Assembly (NCBI RefSeq): GCF_001194135.2
Contig: NC_068989.1
Coordinates: 26,406,752-26,470,751 of the forward strand
DNA length: 64,000 bases
Source: Octopus bimaculoides
Lineage: Eukaryota
Direction of reading: 5' to 3'
Of this stretch, positions 25,157-38,949 are shown piece after piece. A program made the position numbers and the translations under genes. The notes below the pieces were generated by a model. The model searched no databases. It saw only the letters and a program-made list of their open reading frames with translations, and was not told the origin of the DNA. Numbering within the stretch: position 1 is the first letter of the stretch; every line of letters starts with the position of its first letter.

Positions 25157-28009
25157 TACANNNNNNNNNNNNNNNNNNNNNNNNNNNNNNNNNNNNNNNN
25201 NNNNNNNNNNNNNNNNNNNNNNNNNNNNNNNNNNNNNNNNNNNNNNNNNNNNNNNNNNNNNNNNNNNNNNNNNNNNNNNNNNNNNNNNNNNNNNNNNNNN
25301 NNNNNNNNNNNNNNNNNNNNNNNNNNNNNNNNNNNNNNNNNNNNNNNNNNNNNNNNNNNNNNNNNNNNNNNNNNNNNNNTATATATATATATATATATAT
25401 ATGAATGTATGTATATAACAAATGCTAGAGACGGAAAATGGAATATATCAGAAACTTTATTGCTGGCAACGATTGCTTCAACCCAGCCGGTCTCGATCCC
25501 TCGTGGCTGGGATAATGTGCAATTGGATATGGTGCATCTCTCTGTGCAGAAGCGTCTCCTGAGGTGATTTTGCAAGAGGTATCTCGTTAAATAAACCCTG
25601 TTTCGCTTGGTTTTAATACCATATATTGTTAGTAGCCGTAGATTTAAGCAGTTGGGCTTGAATGCCGTGGAGCATTCTTACTTCTTATTTCTTATTATCA
25701 GTGTCGGTTGATGCAACCGACCAATGTAAAATATAACAATATTAATCGCCGTTATCACGAATGACATGCATGGGTAATCAGTACAGTGTCTTCTGCAACA
25801 CAATTCTAATAAAATAAAATATATTGCAATCTAAGGGAGTAAAAATATAGATATCATAAAATAATTGTGGCCGACCAGTTTTCTCCAGCAAACTTTTTAT
25901 TAATAACAAAGATAACAAAATTACGATACATCTCTTGTATTCACGCTGTCTTCTTTTTTTATATCTGAAAATTAGTGAAGTCCTGAGCTCGCAACATTGA
26001 CTTCAGATATACATGTGCTTATTCTTCGAAATATATGCTGCTTTTTATATATAAGGGCTTTCGATGAAGGAGGAGCACATGATGCCCTTAATGGGATGTC
26101 ATATATATATAAACTTTAGAAAGTGAATTTGTTTTATATACACATACACACACAAACATGTATGCCTCTGTGTGATCTTCACAAAAGAAAATACAAACAA
26201 CCGGGTAACAATTTGCAAGTTCTCGGGGATTATTTAGAATTGTTTGAGTAAAAGGTCTTTTTATGCTATTTTTTATAAGAAGCCTAATGTGTATTTAGAA
26301 TATATGGAAGTTCGGGTGCATAGATACAAATTTTAAACAAGAAATGAAGGTAATTTTACATATCAAATAAGGTTATCAAACTACATTCTTTACATATGCG
26401 TATAATAATAACTACCTTATAAGTTATGTGTAAAAGAAATTAAGAATAAAGAAATAAAGCTTAACTTCCTCAGCTAGAAATGCTGTTATAGTTTTAGCAT
26501 TACATATTGTAAGATGAAAGAGTTTACGTGGTCTGCAATATAAGACTTTCAATGCTAACATTAAAGATATACCTATATCAAATTTAAGATGTTGAGGTTA
26601 TATGAGGCAGTTATACAATTACCTCTCAAGCCAAGAACAGTTTTACAAGCATACTTGCTGTAAATAGACACATTTGAAGCACGTAAAACGGTAACGGTCA
26701 TACATAAATATAATGGCCAAATATTCCTACAAGATTGCCAAATCCAAAATAAAATGTTTAGAGTAAGAGTACATTATATGTCAGGAAAAGAAATCTCCGA
26801 AGCACAATTAAATATAGTGTAAGAACACACATTGAACATAGCACTTGATATGTTTAGATTAATGAAATCAGTTTGAACGCCCTTAAATTCCAGTAGTTAG
26901 CAGTGTGTAACGACCACTACTGAAACGCTAAAGTAACGCCACGTGTGTATGAAGTTCTATTTTAAGTTTTACGCCACATGGTTTCTTTTACCCTCAATTA
27001 TAAGTAATACAAACACAAAATGGATGTAGTTAGAAGGCACAACAATGGAATTAAACGGACTTTCGTTGTACGCAATACTATAAGCCTCATTAAAGTTGTT
27101 GATCTTTGCATATTTGCGAAATAAATACTTACAAGGAAAGAGGGAAACTGCTACGTCTATATAGATTGATAGAAATTGAATAGAAGTTTTTTGATATGGT
27201 AATAAAATATATTATTGAAATACTAAAATAAGTGTTTGAAATGTTCATTTGAAAATGAAATATAAATAGAAGTATAAAAAAAGTGGTAATTCGAACATTA
27301 CATTATTATAATAATAATAATAATAACAGGTGTATTACACCAATGAAACAATGTAGAAATAGAGAAATAGACATGATACCCAAAAGATTCAAATAAACAA
27401 CATACAATTTAGCTCACTACTCATAACAATGGTAATAACATTACATAACCAGAATAAGAGATAGTAGAGAAAAGACGTTTATATACTGGAACTTCAGCGG
27501 CTGATAGAGCTGACGAAAGCAGTTTTGTAATATACTGCTATATAAAACAGATACAAAATGTGATTACAATCTAATTATACATAATGATAATTTTCATGAA
27601 TTTGATTAGAAAATAAATGTTTTTAGTTTTTTAAGCATGCAAACCTGGTAATGGATGCATATTATCTAACATATAAATATATATTATTACCCAATGGGAT
27701 ACTTCCTTTATGTTGCATGCTGGAGAGCATTTTTCGCATTTAGTTTCCAACGAAAATTACAGTTTGCTATTTATATTCTCCAGGAAGTGAGATAAGAAAA
27801 ATATTCATTTCCGAAATTTATCATTAATATATATCACTCAGTCACTCAGTTTTGTTAGATTTATACTAACTTTCGTACGAAATCTTCCTGAAAACATTTT
27901 CAATAAATTCGGAACGTGCCTATTGTTTTCTTCCTATTACATTTATGTATGCTTCTCATGGAACATACATGTGTGTGTGTGTGTGTGTGTGTGTGAATTG
28001 AACTAGTTT

Positions 28010-29067
28010 CAGCTCACGAGCATATACTGTTGCTACATAATTTTACTTCACTAATTCATTTTAGATCTTGACATTTGGTGCATGTCGGAGTTTGACGCCG
28101 CTGTCCACATTTGCATATCCCACTGTGAAGTTGGTTCATGCGGGACTCTGGACAATAACAGATCTAGTTTTGTTTTGAAGATATCTACAGCCACCCCATG
28201 TCGGTCTCTCAGGTCCTTCGTGGGGATATTGTAGAGTTGTAGTGTTTCAAGCCTATGCTGTTGCGATATGTTGTCCTATACTTTGATGGATAAGTTGACG
28301 TCTTTGGCACTACGCAGTGACGCCCTGTTCTAGCGTTAGAGGAACTCTCAATGCCAAAGTTTGGGAAAATCCCTTCAGGATCTTCCAGGTGTATATTGCG
28401 CATATCTTTACCGCTTACGTTCCATGGAAGAAAGTCTCAATCTCTTGGTTCTTTCCCAGTAATTTATAAGTTGCGAAGAGGCTATCTTCGTCGTGTAGCT
28501 TCATTGGATTGCATCACGTTCTGCAATTAGTTTTGCACTGGTTGCTGACCGTAGTTGGGAACAATAGTCAAATTGGCTCAGGAAAAATGTCCTGCAGACG
28601 ACCATCTTAGTTTCCTAATCTCTCGTTTAAAAACTTTTCAGAATCCATCTGGTCAGCCGCCTGCATTTCATTGCCAACTTAGCGACATGTCAATGGAAGG
28701 ATGCATCATTACTCATGTAAATGCCCAGGTCTCGCACTGTTTTGCATGCTGATAGCATAGGGCTTGAAAATAGTCAGCATTAAACCGCATGCTATTCTTC
28801 TTAGCCCACTTGTATATTTCATCTAACTCACGTTGTAGTTGCATAGCGGATTCAGGGTTCTGGATCTCCTGTGAGATTTTTGTATCATCTGCATAACTTG
28901 TGATCGTGTCTCCGTGTGTGACCGGGGGCATATCTGGGAGGGCTATTATAAACAGTAGTCGTCGTAGGACACTGCCGTGCGGAACACCGCTCGCTATTTG
29001 CGAGTCATTGGAGGTGGCTTTATTGGCTACTACTGCATGATCTCTATCTTTCAGAAAGTCATGCATG
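28010..29067 (-). mobile_element. CR1-like LINE, 5'-truncated (RT C-terminus to 3' end)
   Basis: HDFLKDR...SGVPHGSVL..LLFII...SYADDTKI...DEIYKWAKKNSMRFN; same family as 20040-21830. Confidence 0.9.
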
Positions 29068-29098
29068 TATGTATACACCCCCCCACACACACACACGA

Positions 29099-29156
<58 letters not shown>

Positions 29157-29546
29157 GTGTGTGTTTAATTATTATATATGTATGATATCTTATCTTCAGT
29201 AAATATCATGTAAGTAGTTTTCGTCATAACACATTTTTCATAAATGTCTGTATATGTCTATATATTTAAGTATATGTTTTGCATTGTTGATAACAAGCAA
29301 AACTAAAGTGATCCATACTTTGTAGAAAGCTAGCTCATTTTCCCTTATATTAAATGATTCAAATCCGCATCAGTCGTGAGGAATTGAATCATAAATATAT
29401 ACTAATAATATAAAATGAATGAGAAGTAAGCAACTTCAAACTCAGTATTAGAACTTTATATGGGTGCTTATATATATATGTGTGTGTGTATGTGTGTGCG
29501 CGCGCGCGTGTGTGTGTATTGTGTGTGTGTGTGTTGTTATATTATA

Positions 29547-29596
<50 letters not shown>

Positions 29597-29619
29597 ACTA
29601 CTACTGGAGAGAAAATATC

Positions 29620-29860
29620 TATCAATGTTAATAGGCAATGCAATTGGGCATGCCAAAGATATTCAAGAATTGTGAAAACAGAAACTAATTCAAATACATT
29701 GAAACCTGCACTTTTTTCCACAACACACAACTCCCAAACACGGAAGCTTACAATATTATCCACCAGAACATCCCACTACTTAGACAAGACCCATGAATGA
29801 AACACACCATCGAAATATACAAAATAGTTAAAAGCAAAAAACAAAACGCGCTCTTAGAAG
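29620..29860 (+). mobile_element. Penelope fragment (RT-endonuclease linker)
   Basis: STTHN..EAYNIIHQNIPLLRQDP*MKHTIEIYKIVKS is homologous to THNPRNFEAYNTIVQNLPLLPRDPKM at ~6150-6250 (minus). Confidence 0.65.
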
Positions 29861-30109
29861 TTCACTAATTATTCATAGACAACCAATACGAGAACTTAGT
29901 GCTCGACAGATCCCACTAAGTTGAAACAGACATACAACCATCGCAAGACTGGATGTCTCACTACATGTGTTAACGTTATAAGTAAGAGATCGAATAGTTC
30001 TAACGAAGATACTTAACATCTTTCTAAAATTCTGATTTAATATAAGAAACGAATATCAAGCAATGTTTACAGAATCACTATTTCGTATATAGTTCTTTGT
30101 TGTGAATCT

Positions 30110-31080
30110 CGGAGTCAATTATTTTGCGCATTGATAAGCACAATTTTTCGCACTAATCTGGTGTTATCTCCATAGTCCAGACTTCGTTGATAGCATTTAT
30201 CAACTGCGATAGCGATGTTGAATTACGAACAGTTACTTTCTGTTTAAGAATTACCCAAACAATGGTCTATTGCGTTGCGATCCAGGGCGTTTCCTGGCTA
30301 TGGACCCCTGATCTCATACCTAGAATTGCTAAGCTACTGCTGTACAGCTCTTATGTGGTGGCATGGCGTGCCATCATGCTGGAACTGCATACAATGCTTC
30401 ATCTCCATAAAGGGTGGAACTTCGTTTTCGAAATTTCCAGGTAATTAGTTCCCTTGATAATTGCAACTTCTGGCATAAACCACAGTCTGCACCATCTATC
30501 AGCACAAATAACTCCCTACACCATAGCTTTTTGGAGCATTTTTAACACTGTGGATAATGTAGGAAGTTGTCCCACACGTCTGCAAAATGTATAACAGTGT
30601 GACAACTGCGTTTCATCTGAAAACAACCCGTCTTCATAGTTTGGCTGACCAATATTTTGGCAAAACGATCAGCAATATTTGTCGAGGTTAACCTTGGTTT
30701 CCTTAAAGGATTGCGGGACTGACGCCAGCATCAAATAATCTTCTATGAATTGTCCTTATGCTAGGAACACTGTCTTGTTGTAGTAGACCAGCATGAATAG
30801 CTTCAGAAGATTTTCTGGGAGACATTTTGGCGGTTAGAATGATAGCATCGTCCATTCACTTGGCGGTGGTTTTTGGGCGATCCACAGGCTTGTCAAATCT
30901 ATATTTTCCAGTAGCTTTTGAATTTTTTATTGAACTTGAAGCAATATTTCACCAAGTTGTCGAGTTATGTATCCTTCTTCCTACAGCAATTTTATTTGAC
31001 CATGACGTCTCGACGAAATTCTTCGACAAGGCATTCTTTACAACGACAGGAACATGATTAACAGAAACGAGTTGTCATAA
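30110..31080 (-). mobile_element. Tc1-family transposase remnant
   Basis: GRP..T HTH region, SIRTIHRRL, VVFSDET (D1), QHDGTPCH (D2), WPGNALD.NAI (cf. WPGNSPDLNPIE). TIRs not resolved. Confidence 0.85.
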
Positions 31081-31529
31081 ACTATTTTAGTGACAGATTG
31101 TCAGAGATTGGATCAGCCAATGTGAGTACATCAACCAATCAGGGCTCAGTAGTCACACAGAAAACACGTTAATGGTGAGTGATAAGAAAACAGATTTGAA
31201 CGATCGACTAGTGATTAAAACTAGTTAGTCAGTCATTATGGCCTTGATTGTTTGTGCAAAAACAAAAAAAGTCTTCCAAGTTTCAAATCTTTCCATTTTG
31301 TCATTGCTTAGACAATACCACAGACTAAGCACGGATAAACAAAGAAAATATATTCATACAAAAACATAAACGAAGCGTGAATAAAATTTAACAAATTGCA
31401 TTCATGAACACCACTAACAAACTCGTTATACTGTTTGACATGTTGAATTTATACAGCTAACAGCCTAATATTTGGATGTCTGTGTGTGTGTGTGTGTGTT
31501 TGTGCGTGTGTGAGTGCATGTGTGTATGT

Positions 31530-31692
31530 GCTTGTCCCCCACCACCACTTGGCAACCAATGCTGATGCGTTTACGTCCTTGTAACTTAAATCTTCTGCAA
31601 AAAACACAGGTAGAATAAGTACCAGTATCTTGAAGTCTTTCTTCCATTATGGCTGCAGTCTAATGACTGAAGCAAGAAAAAGAATGCAAGAG
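31530..31692 (+). mobile_element. SINE 3' half
   Basis: ccaccac..ttggcaacc..gtttacgtcc..gtaactta..agaataagtacc..ggctgcagtctaatgactgaa; shared with 31975, 45135 and 57315. Confidence 0.7.
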
Positions 31693-31974
31693 TATATATA
31701 TATATATATATATATNNNNNNNNNNNNNNNNNNNNNNNNNNNNNNNNNNNNNNNNNNNNNNNNNNNNNNNNNNNNNNNNNNNNNNNNNNNNNNNNNNNNN
31801 NNNNNNNNNNNNNNNNNNNNNNNNNNNNNNNNNNNNNNNNNNNNNNNNNNNNNNNNNNNNNNNNNNNNNNNNNNNNNNNNNNNNNNGTGTGTGTGTATGT
31901 GTTTGTGTGTGTGTGTGTGTGTGCGTGTGTGCGTGTGTGTGTGCGTGTGTGCGTGTGTGTGTGTTTGTGTGTGA

Positions 31975-32145
31975 GAGTTTGTTCCTGCCACCGCTTGACA
32001 ACCGATGTTGTGTTTACGTTCTCGTAACTAGCGCTTCAGAAAAATAGACAGATAGAATATGTACCGGGTTTGACAAAAAAGTAAGTACTGGGCTGAAATC
32101 ACCGACATGGCCGCAGTGTAATGACTGAAATAAGTAAAGGATTAA
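31975..32145 (+). mobile_element. SINE 3' half
   Basis: ccaccgcttgacaaccgatg...catggccgcagtgtaatgactgaaataagtaaag. Confidence 0.75.
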
Positions 32146-32574
32146 AAATCCATCCATTCACACACCCACCCATCCATCCATCCATCCATCCTTCCACCCA
32201 TCCATCCATCCATCCATCCATCCATCCATCTGCGCTACTTATCCATAAATAAAAGCGAAAAGAAAGACAGCAATTATTATACTACAATGAACACACGCTC
32301 ATCTACGCCCGCGCAAAAGAAACACGCTTTACCACACATGCATTAAGAAATGCAACAGTTTCAATCCGATCAAGACATGCAAACTTTTTGATGTACACTA
32401 ACTTAACGTTTTGCAATGCAAAAACCAGTCAGATATTTCGCGGATATGATATTCAATGTCTGATTAAGCAGTTTGAATGAACATTTAATATAAATGAAAA
32501 AAAATGATTGCTGACTGCAATGCTTTCAGGATAGTAATATCTATTTTAAATTAGCATATAATTGAGTAGTAGTA

Positions 32575-32586
32575 GTAGTAGTAGTA

Positions 32587-32644
<58 letters not shown>

Positions 32645-32665
32645 CAGTAGTAGTAGTAGTAGTAG
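32575..32665. repeat. (AGT)n microsatellite
   Basis: Directly visible. Confidence 0.97.
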
Positions 32666-33879
32666 ATCATTTATATGATATTTGTAGATAATGTTGCTGA
32701 AATGGTCAGTTGAATGTTACAAGATGTTTATAGGTATTTCATTTAGTATTCACCAATGACATTTCTTATTTATCTATGATGAAAGTTTGTCAGGTACAGA
32801 ACTAAGTAGTTATAACATACTGGATATTACTGAAGTTCGCTAAAATTTTATGAAGAAGAAAATCGATAAAACATAAGTACGCCAGACTGAATATAATGGT
32901 TTCTTATACAATCATGTGAATATCTGCTTGAGAATTTTTGATTATTGAAGGCTATGGAATTTCAAATGTTAAATATATTTTTGTGGTGAAATATATTTTA
33001 CGGGTCAGTGATTACTGAATGAAGCGTGTCAAATATAAATAACACAACCTATAAATTAAAAACTTACGCTGAAAAATTATTTCGAATCAAAGGAGAGAGA
33101 ATATATGGAACTAACGTTGCAATAATACATGTTCGAATTAACGTAGCTGTTATGAAGCTGATTTTCACGTAGTATTTTATTATAATATTTTAACATTTTT
33201 AAAACAGTAAACAGTTGCAAACACATACGAATTTAACGTAATGTATATTACTTAGAAATGCAGAATTGCAGTAATACAATTATTTGATGTGACAGAATTG
33301 AAGATAATAAACGCTAATGGACTATGAAGATCGACGTGAATAACATCTTTGAACATGTGTATCATTTGATTTCCATCCTATAACATTTCTGTGCGTGTAT
33401 TTATAAGTATCTATCCAGGGATATATTCATATGTATCTCTTCAGAAATATAAAGCTAAACACATATATACATATATACGTAGATATATCAACACAGAAAT
33501 ACATATATATACATAAGTTAAATTCAAATTACGACAAACGTAAATAAACAAACGAAGTTTGCAGCTAGCCACCTACACTTTTCTCTGCGAAATAGGGATA
33601 GTTTATCCTGTTCAGGCTATATTATTAGCATTATTCTGCGATTGAGAATTTAAAATCACTTCTTTAACTTTATAAAATATATATATACATACATACACAC
33701 ACACACACACANNNNNNNNNNNNNNNNNNNNNNNNNNNNNNNNNNNNNNNNNNNNNNNNNNNNNNNNNNNNNNNNNNNNNNNNNNNNNNNNNNNNNNNNN
33801 NNNNNNNNNNNNNTATATATATATATATATATATGCACATATATACACAACCTACGTGACCCACAGATATATAACTATT

Positions 33880-34120
33880 TCACAACTTCCGGCGCTCAAA
33901 CTTGCTCCTTTGGTTGCACACTTACCTATATAAAACCACCGTCCACACCACTACCCTCAGTCTTCCTTTCCCCATTATCGAAGTCTTCACTTACCATTCA
34001 AGTAAACTTATTTACTACATTCCCTTCTATCTTTTCCACTCCTTTGTACATGGAACAAAGTTGTCGGCGTTTGACCGATAATTTTGCCGAAATTCAAACT
34101 CGATAATGGCAGCGCCTTCT
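33880..34120 (+). promoter_or_regulatory. Possible TATA-less promoter (ETS-like and YY1-like motifs)
   Basis: ACTTCCGG at 33885-33892; ATAATGGCAGCGCC at 34103-34116 overlapping an ATG (MAAP); local CpG enrichment. Motif-level evidence only. Confidence 0.25.
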
Positions 34121-35128
34121 TGCATCATAAATTTTCTATCTCCGTACTTCAGAACCTCACGGTGTAGTTTCTCCAGCGCATTTCATTTTCATCTCGATTT
34201 CACTCGCATACCCACCCTACCCACCACTTATATTCCCATTGTCTCCTCAACTTCTTCTCACCTCCATACATTCATACTACACTGTTTAAGCCATCACCCA
34301 GTACCACACATACCATTTACTATCAGTTACATTCAAGCATGATACACATATGTACACATGCACAAACACACACTCTTAAACAGATATACGCTTGCTCAAA
34401 CACATATGTCGGATTGCCTTCTACATGCACATACGTCAGATAACGTTACACATCACACACATAATAAGAAAACAGGGACACGTGTAAGCACACGTATACA
34501 CACACACACACATAAATGCACTGAATATATAGAAGAATTCATCAGCGTAATGCATACAGCTCCGGTTGCTAACACACACGCACACATGCACAGAGGCACA
34601 CACGTACACACACACACATGCCAAGTTGTGAGTTATCCGCTTTGCCACCTACTCCCCAGGTCAAGTCGCGCATCTGGTCCCCCCCCCCCACTGAAACTCT
34701 CAGCTCTAGCAACCTCTTCCTCTTTCGGTCATTTTAGCTTGAAGTGATCGTCTAATTGAGACATAATTTTTCTTCTCTCTCGCAAATATTTTCTCTCCCC
34801 GTCTATTCTTTACATACAAATGTGTGCGTTCGAAACTTAAACATCTTTTCTTTCTACTTTCCTATGCTATATGCCTAATACACTGTATCCTTTTCCCTCG
34901 TCTCCGTGANNNNNNNNNNNNNNNNNNNNNNNNNNNNNNNNNNNNNNNNNNNNNNNNNNNNNNNNNNNNNNNNNNNNNNNNNNNNNNNNNNNNNNNNNNN
35001 NNNNNNNNNNNNNNNNNNNNNNNNNNNNNNNNNNNNNNNNNNNNNNNNNNNNNNNNNNNNNNNNNNNNNNNNNNNNNNNNNNNNNNNNNNNNNNNNNNNN
35101 NNNNNNNNNNNNNNNNNNNNNNNNNNNN

Positions 35129-35195
<67 letters not shown>

Positions 35196-38100
35196 CACGC
35201 ACACAAGCTCACACCCTCACACACACACTCACATACTCATACGTACACTTTCACACACGCATATAGATGGATGGCTGGATGGATGGATGTATACATAGAT
35301 GCATATATGCATGTGTGTTTCCCCATGTAGTCATTTCATAATTATATTTTAAAGTAAGGGGAATGATCAGAGCATGACATTGATTCTCTGGCGGTTTCAA
35401 TAATTGCACAGTTAATATTGTAGCAATCATCAGTTAAAATGGGCCCCATATAATAAAATTAAGTATATAAACGTGCTTGGAATTTTGTAAATGGCAGATA
35501 GAGCACTAATGTCAGTAGCTGTTTGATCATTCGATCTATTGCCGTTCGTTAATAGCAGTAATATAAAACATGCTCGATGTATGTTAAATAAACGATGGCT
35601 GAATGAACAACAGAGTTTAGTATTCCACGAGTATTCTATAATACCCCGGATATAAATGTATATAGAAGTAAAACACTGCGATACTGATACCATATTAACT
35701 ATATTATAGTTAATAACAATCAAGAAGATAAAAACTATGTTAAACTTATCAAGTAAAAGTTAGGTATAATTATGATGAATGAAATTACCATAAAATATTT
35801 ATTACTAAATTCACTTTCCATAAATACTTTCAACTATGTAGATTAATCCACCATTGATCAATGTTGATTTGACGTAATGTCGTGTATTGTTTTATTTATA
35901 TTGCTTTTCAAAACGTCTAGATGACAAGAATATATTTGTCTCTGATAAATGCAGAAGGCGAAGCGTACCACTGCATGTGCTATAGTTTTTCTAATGATAT
36001 TAGTTTCTAATTTCATGATTTATTCTATGGAGTCTGTCAAATTTCATTCGATATTATACTGACGAAAATTTCTCAAATCCATTTAGATATGAACTGTCTC
36101 ATTTTTACATGAAAGTGATCAACAAAATATAAATTGATTGATAGTTTCTGACAAAGATGAATTATTTTTAAGAAAGGGGAACATATGCTACATGTTCTGA
36201 CTTAATACGGAATAAATAAAGTATGCTAAAGTTTCGTGAATACTAAATATATGTGACAGTTGTATACTTGATGCTGCATATACATTAACATTGGTAGAAT
36301 GACACACTAAAATGTATATGAACTGTTCGATATAAATGTATCAATTATGAATCTAATGATCTATTCTAAAAGAAAATTATAGGACGGACTCTTATTTAAA
36401 GGTGTATTATGTATGTCTACATCAATGCCATGCTTGGTTTATTTCTTACATTATTCTTACATTATTCTTCAATGGTCACATCAGAATGTATTATTGGTAG
36501 AAAACATGAAACAGACACGAGTCCTTTACCGAAGTGTTTCGTCAGAAGCTTATGTCAATGGGAAACTCTTCATTAAAGGTGGCGAACTCGAGATTGCAGG
36601 TACTATCAACGATAACTTTGACTGCCAAGCGTCCACATTTCTTGTCACGTAATATGCATACTCACTTTTAATATTTGAAATTCTACTGAAAACACAATAT
36701 TTCATAAATTAGTGGCCTATAAGATATATGTGGGCACTGTTGGCAAACAACTGACTTTTCTTGCACCAAACGTATATTTTGTATAGAAGTAAAATAAATA
36801 AAACGTCTCTAAGTGTGCATAAACAAGACATTACCACTGATCCACCAATGAGAAGGATCATTCACCGCTTTTCATTTACAAGTCTTTAAAACTCTAATTA
36901 CTGTTGAAGCATGTAAATCATTAAAGACAAATATATCTAAAAGTAAATGAAGAATGTAGTAATCGCGCAGGACTTGGAATGTAGTGCAATGGAAACTAGA
37001 ACCATAAGGCATTGACTACTACAACTATATTAATGATGGATTATTTTATTTATCAGTTTTGGAGCATTGACCGTGTTTGTACACATTTGGAAGTTTGAAG
37101 ATGTTATTTCATTTAAACTTTTTCCTGCTGGAAAGACATGGGTCGAAGCAAAATTCCAGAGTGACTATGTTGTAAGGGTAAAAACCATTAAACAAAATGG
37201 TTATCACAGTATCAACAGTTTTGGACACACGGTTTCCTTCAACCGAATCTCCTTTAACCAAACACATGACCTTGCTAACTATAATGAGTGGGAGCACTCC
37301 TTATGCTACTACTAAATTTCTTTGTAACTAATCTCAGTAACGATCAGCATTTGCTGTCAAATTATACGTTGCATCTGATTGAATAAACATAGCTGGAGTC
37401 AAAGATTTTGTTCCTCGTGTTTAAATCATCATGGGCAGATATGTCATTTGATTTATGTCTTTAACGACGTGTGATCATATGTCAATCAAAAATCTAATGG
37501 ATGATCCCTCAAAAAACTTCTACTTAAAATGATGAGAATTATGTTTTTCATCATGGCCAACATTGTGTTATATGATCTCGTGGTGGGATGAGCAGAAAAC
37601 TTGTTATCATTGAACCATACTGCTGAACAAGAAATTATGACTTTCCGGGACGTCCTACAAGACAAAACATATTGCTTCATATAATTCGTATATTGTCATT
37701 CAATTTACTTCTCTAAATCAAATATAAACGTAGTACTTTCTGCAGTCACATCATGAAATATTTGATCTAAAAGAAAAAGCCTCAAGAGCTTTACGTACCA
37801 CAAGAGGATGGAAAATTAGGGTGCGATGGTTCTCATGGTCGCTGAGACAAGAACTTAAATGATCTCTGGGCCATATTCTGCAGCAATGTCACGTTTCAAA
37901 GTTGGCTTCATTTTCTGATTGCTTATTATGAATGTCCAAATACCGTTTTAATCCTGCACGTCAATTTCGGCTTCTTTCGACTGACATTCAATTGTTCATG
38001 TATGCCTAACTCACATGGGCACTCTGATACGATCTCATACCAGTTTGAGTTATGTATACTTCATGCATAAATACGATTTAAAGAAAAAATCAGAAACTCT

Positions 38101-38949
38101 GGCAAAACTATTGATAATAATCTTGTTTTTATCAAACTTTTCTTTCATTTCAGCGTGCTGAATACTGTGCTATAGTATACATTTTAAATGAAAGTATATT
38201 GGGTTTCAAGTATCTTCCGTAACACTCGTGTGGCCTCTGCCCATTACTTGCCTGTGAATTGTTTTCTCCCACTGACTTACACCTGATAATCAATTCACAT
38301 ATATGAAAACACAAAACTACCCATGTATGGCAGTGTGCAACTACTTGACAACAATATTTACAAGCCGGATGAACCAGATTAAGTATAGCTGATGAGTTTT
38401 AGGATCTTCGTATAATTCTTTCAAAACATGTTTTTATACGCCTGTTTATGTTACTGCCAACCGAGCGGAAAACAATAAATACAGTATAATGTTTGCAAGG
38501 CAGAAATCGGAGAGCCAGCTGTTTCAGACACGAACGTCAAAATACTATGAGACATGTAAATCACTCTGAAGAAATGTTATAGTCTAACAGAATTTGTTTT
38601 GACAACGTAGGATAATGAATGACGAACGGAATTATTTGCGTTATGTCTAATACTGGTGACTTCCAATGATGAGGTTTTTTAATGGAGATTTACATGACTG
38701 TGGTTGAATTTATATAATTCGAATTTAAGTAAATGTGCAAAACTCACTTTGATTTGTACTTCCTTCATGATTTTCAATATGAATCAATGGAAACCGAGAG
38801 AGGACCTCGTAGAAATAGATTAAACAAGGAAATAGACAGTGTTAGTTATAGTTCTACTGTATTACTGGAAGTTCTTTAATTTCAACAACATTAAGAAAAA
38901 CTGCCCATTAAATTGGTAAATTCAAAGACATTTTTTCAAGAATGCCGTA

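Noticed and set aside
37300-37950. Beta-1,3-galactosyltransferase-like resemblance on the plus strand
   Set aside because: Only scattered 3-4 residue matches; no DxD or conserved motif order.
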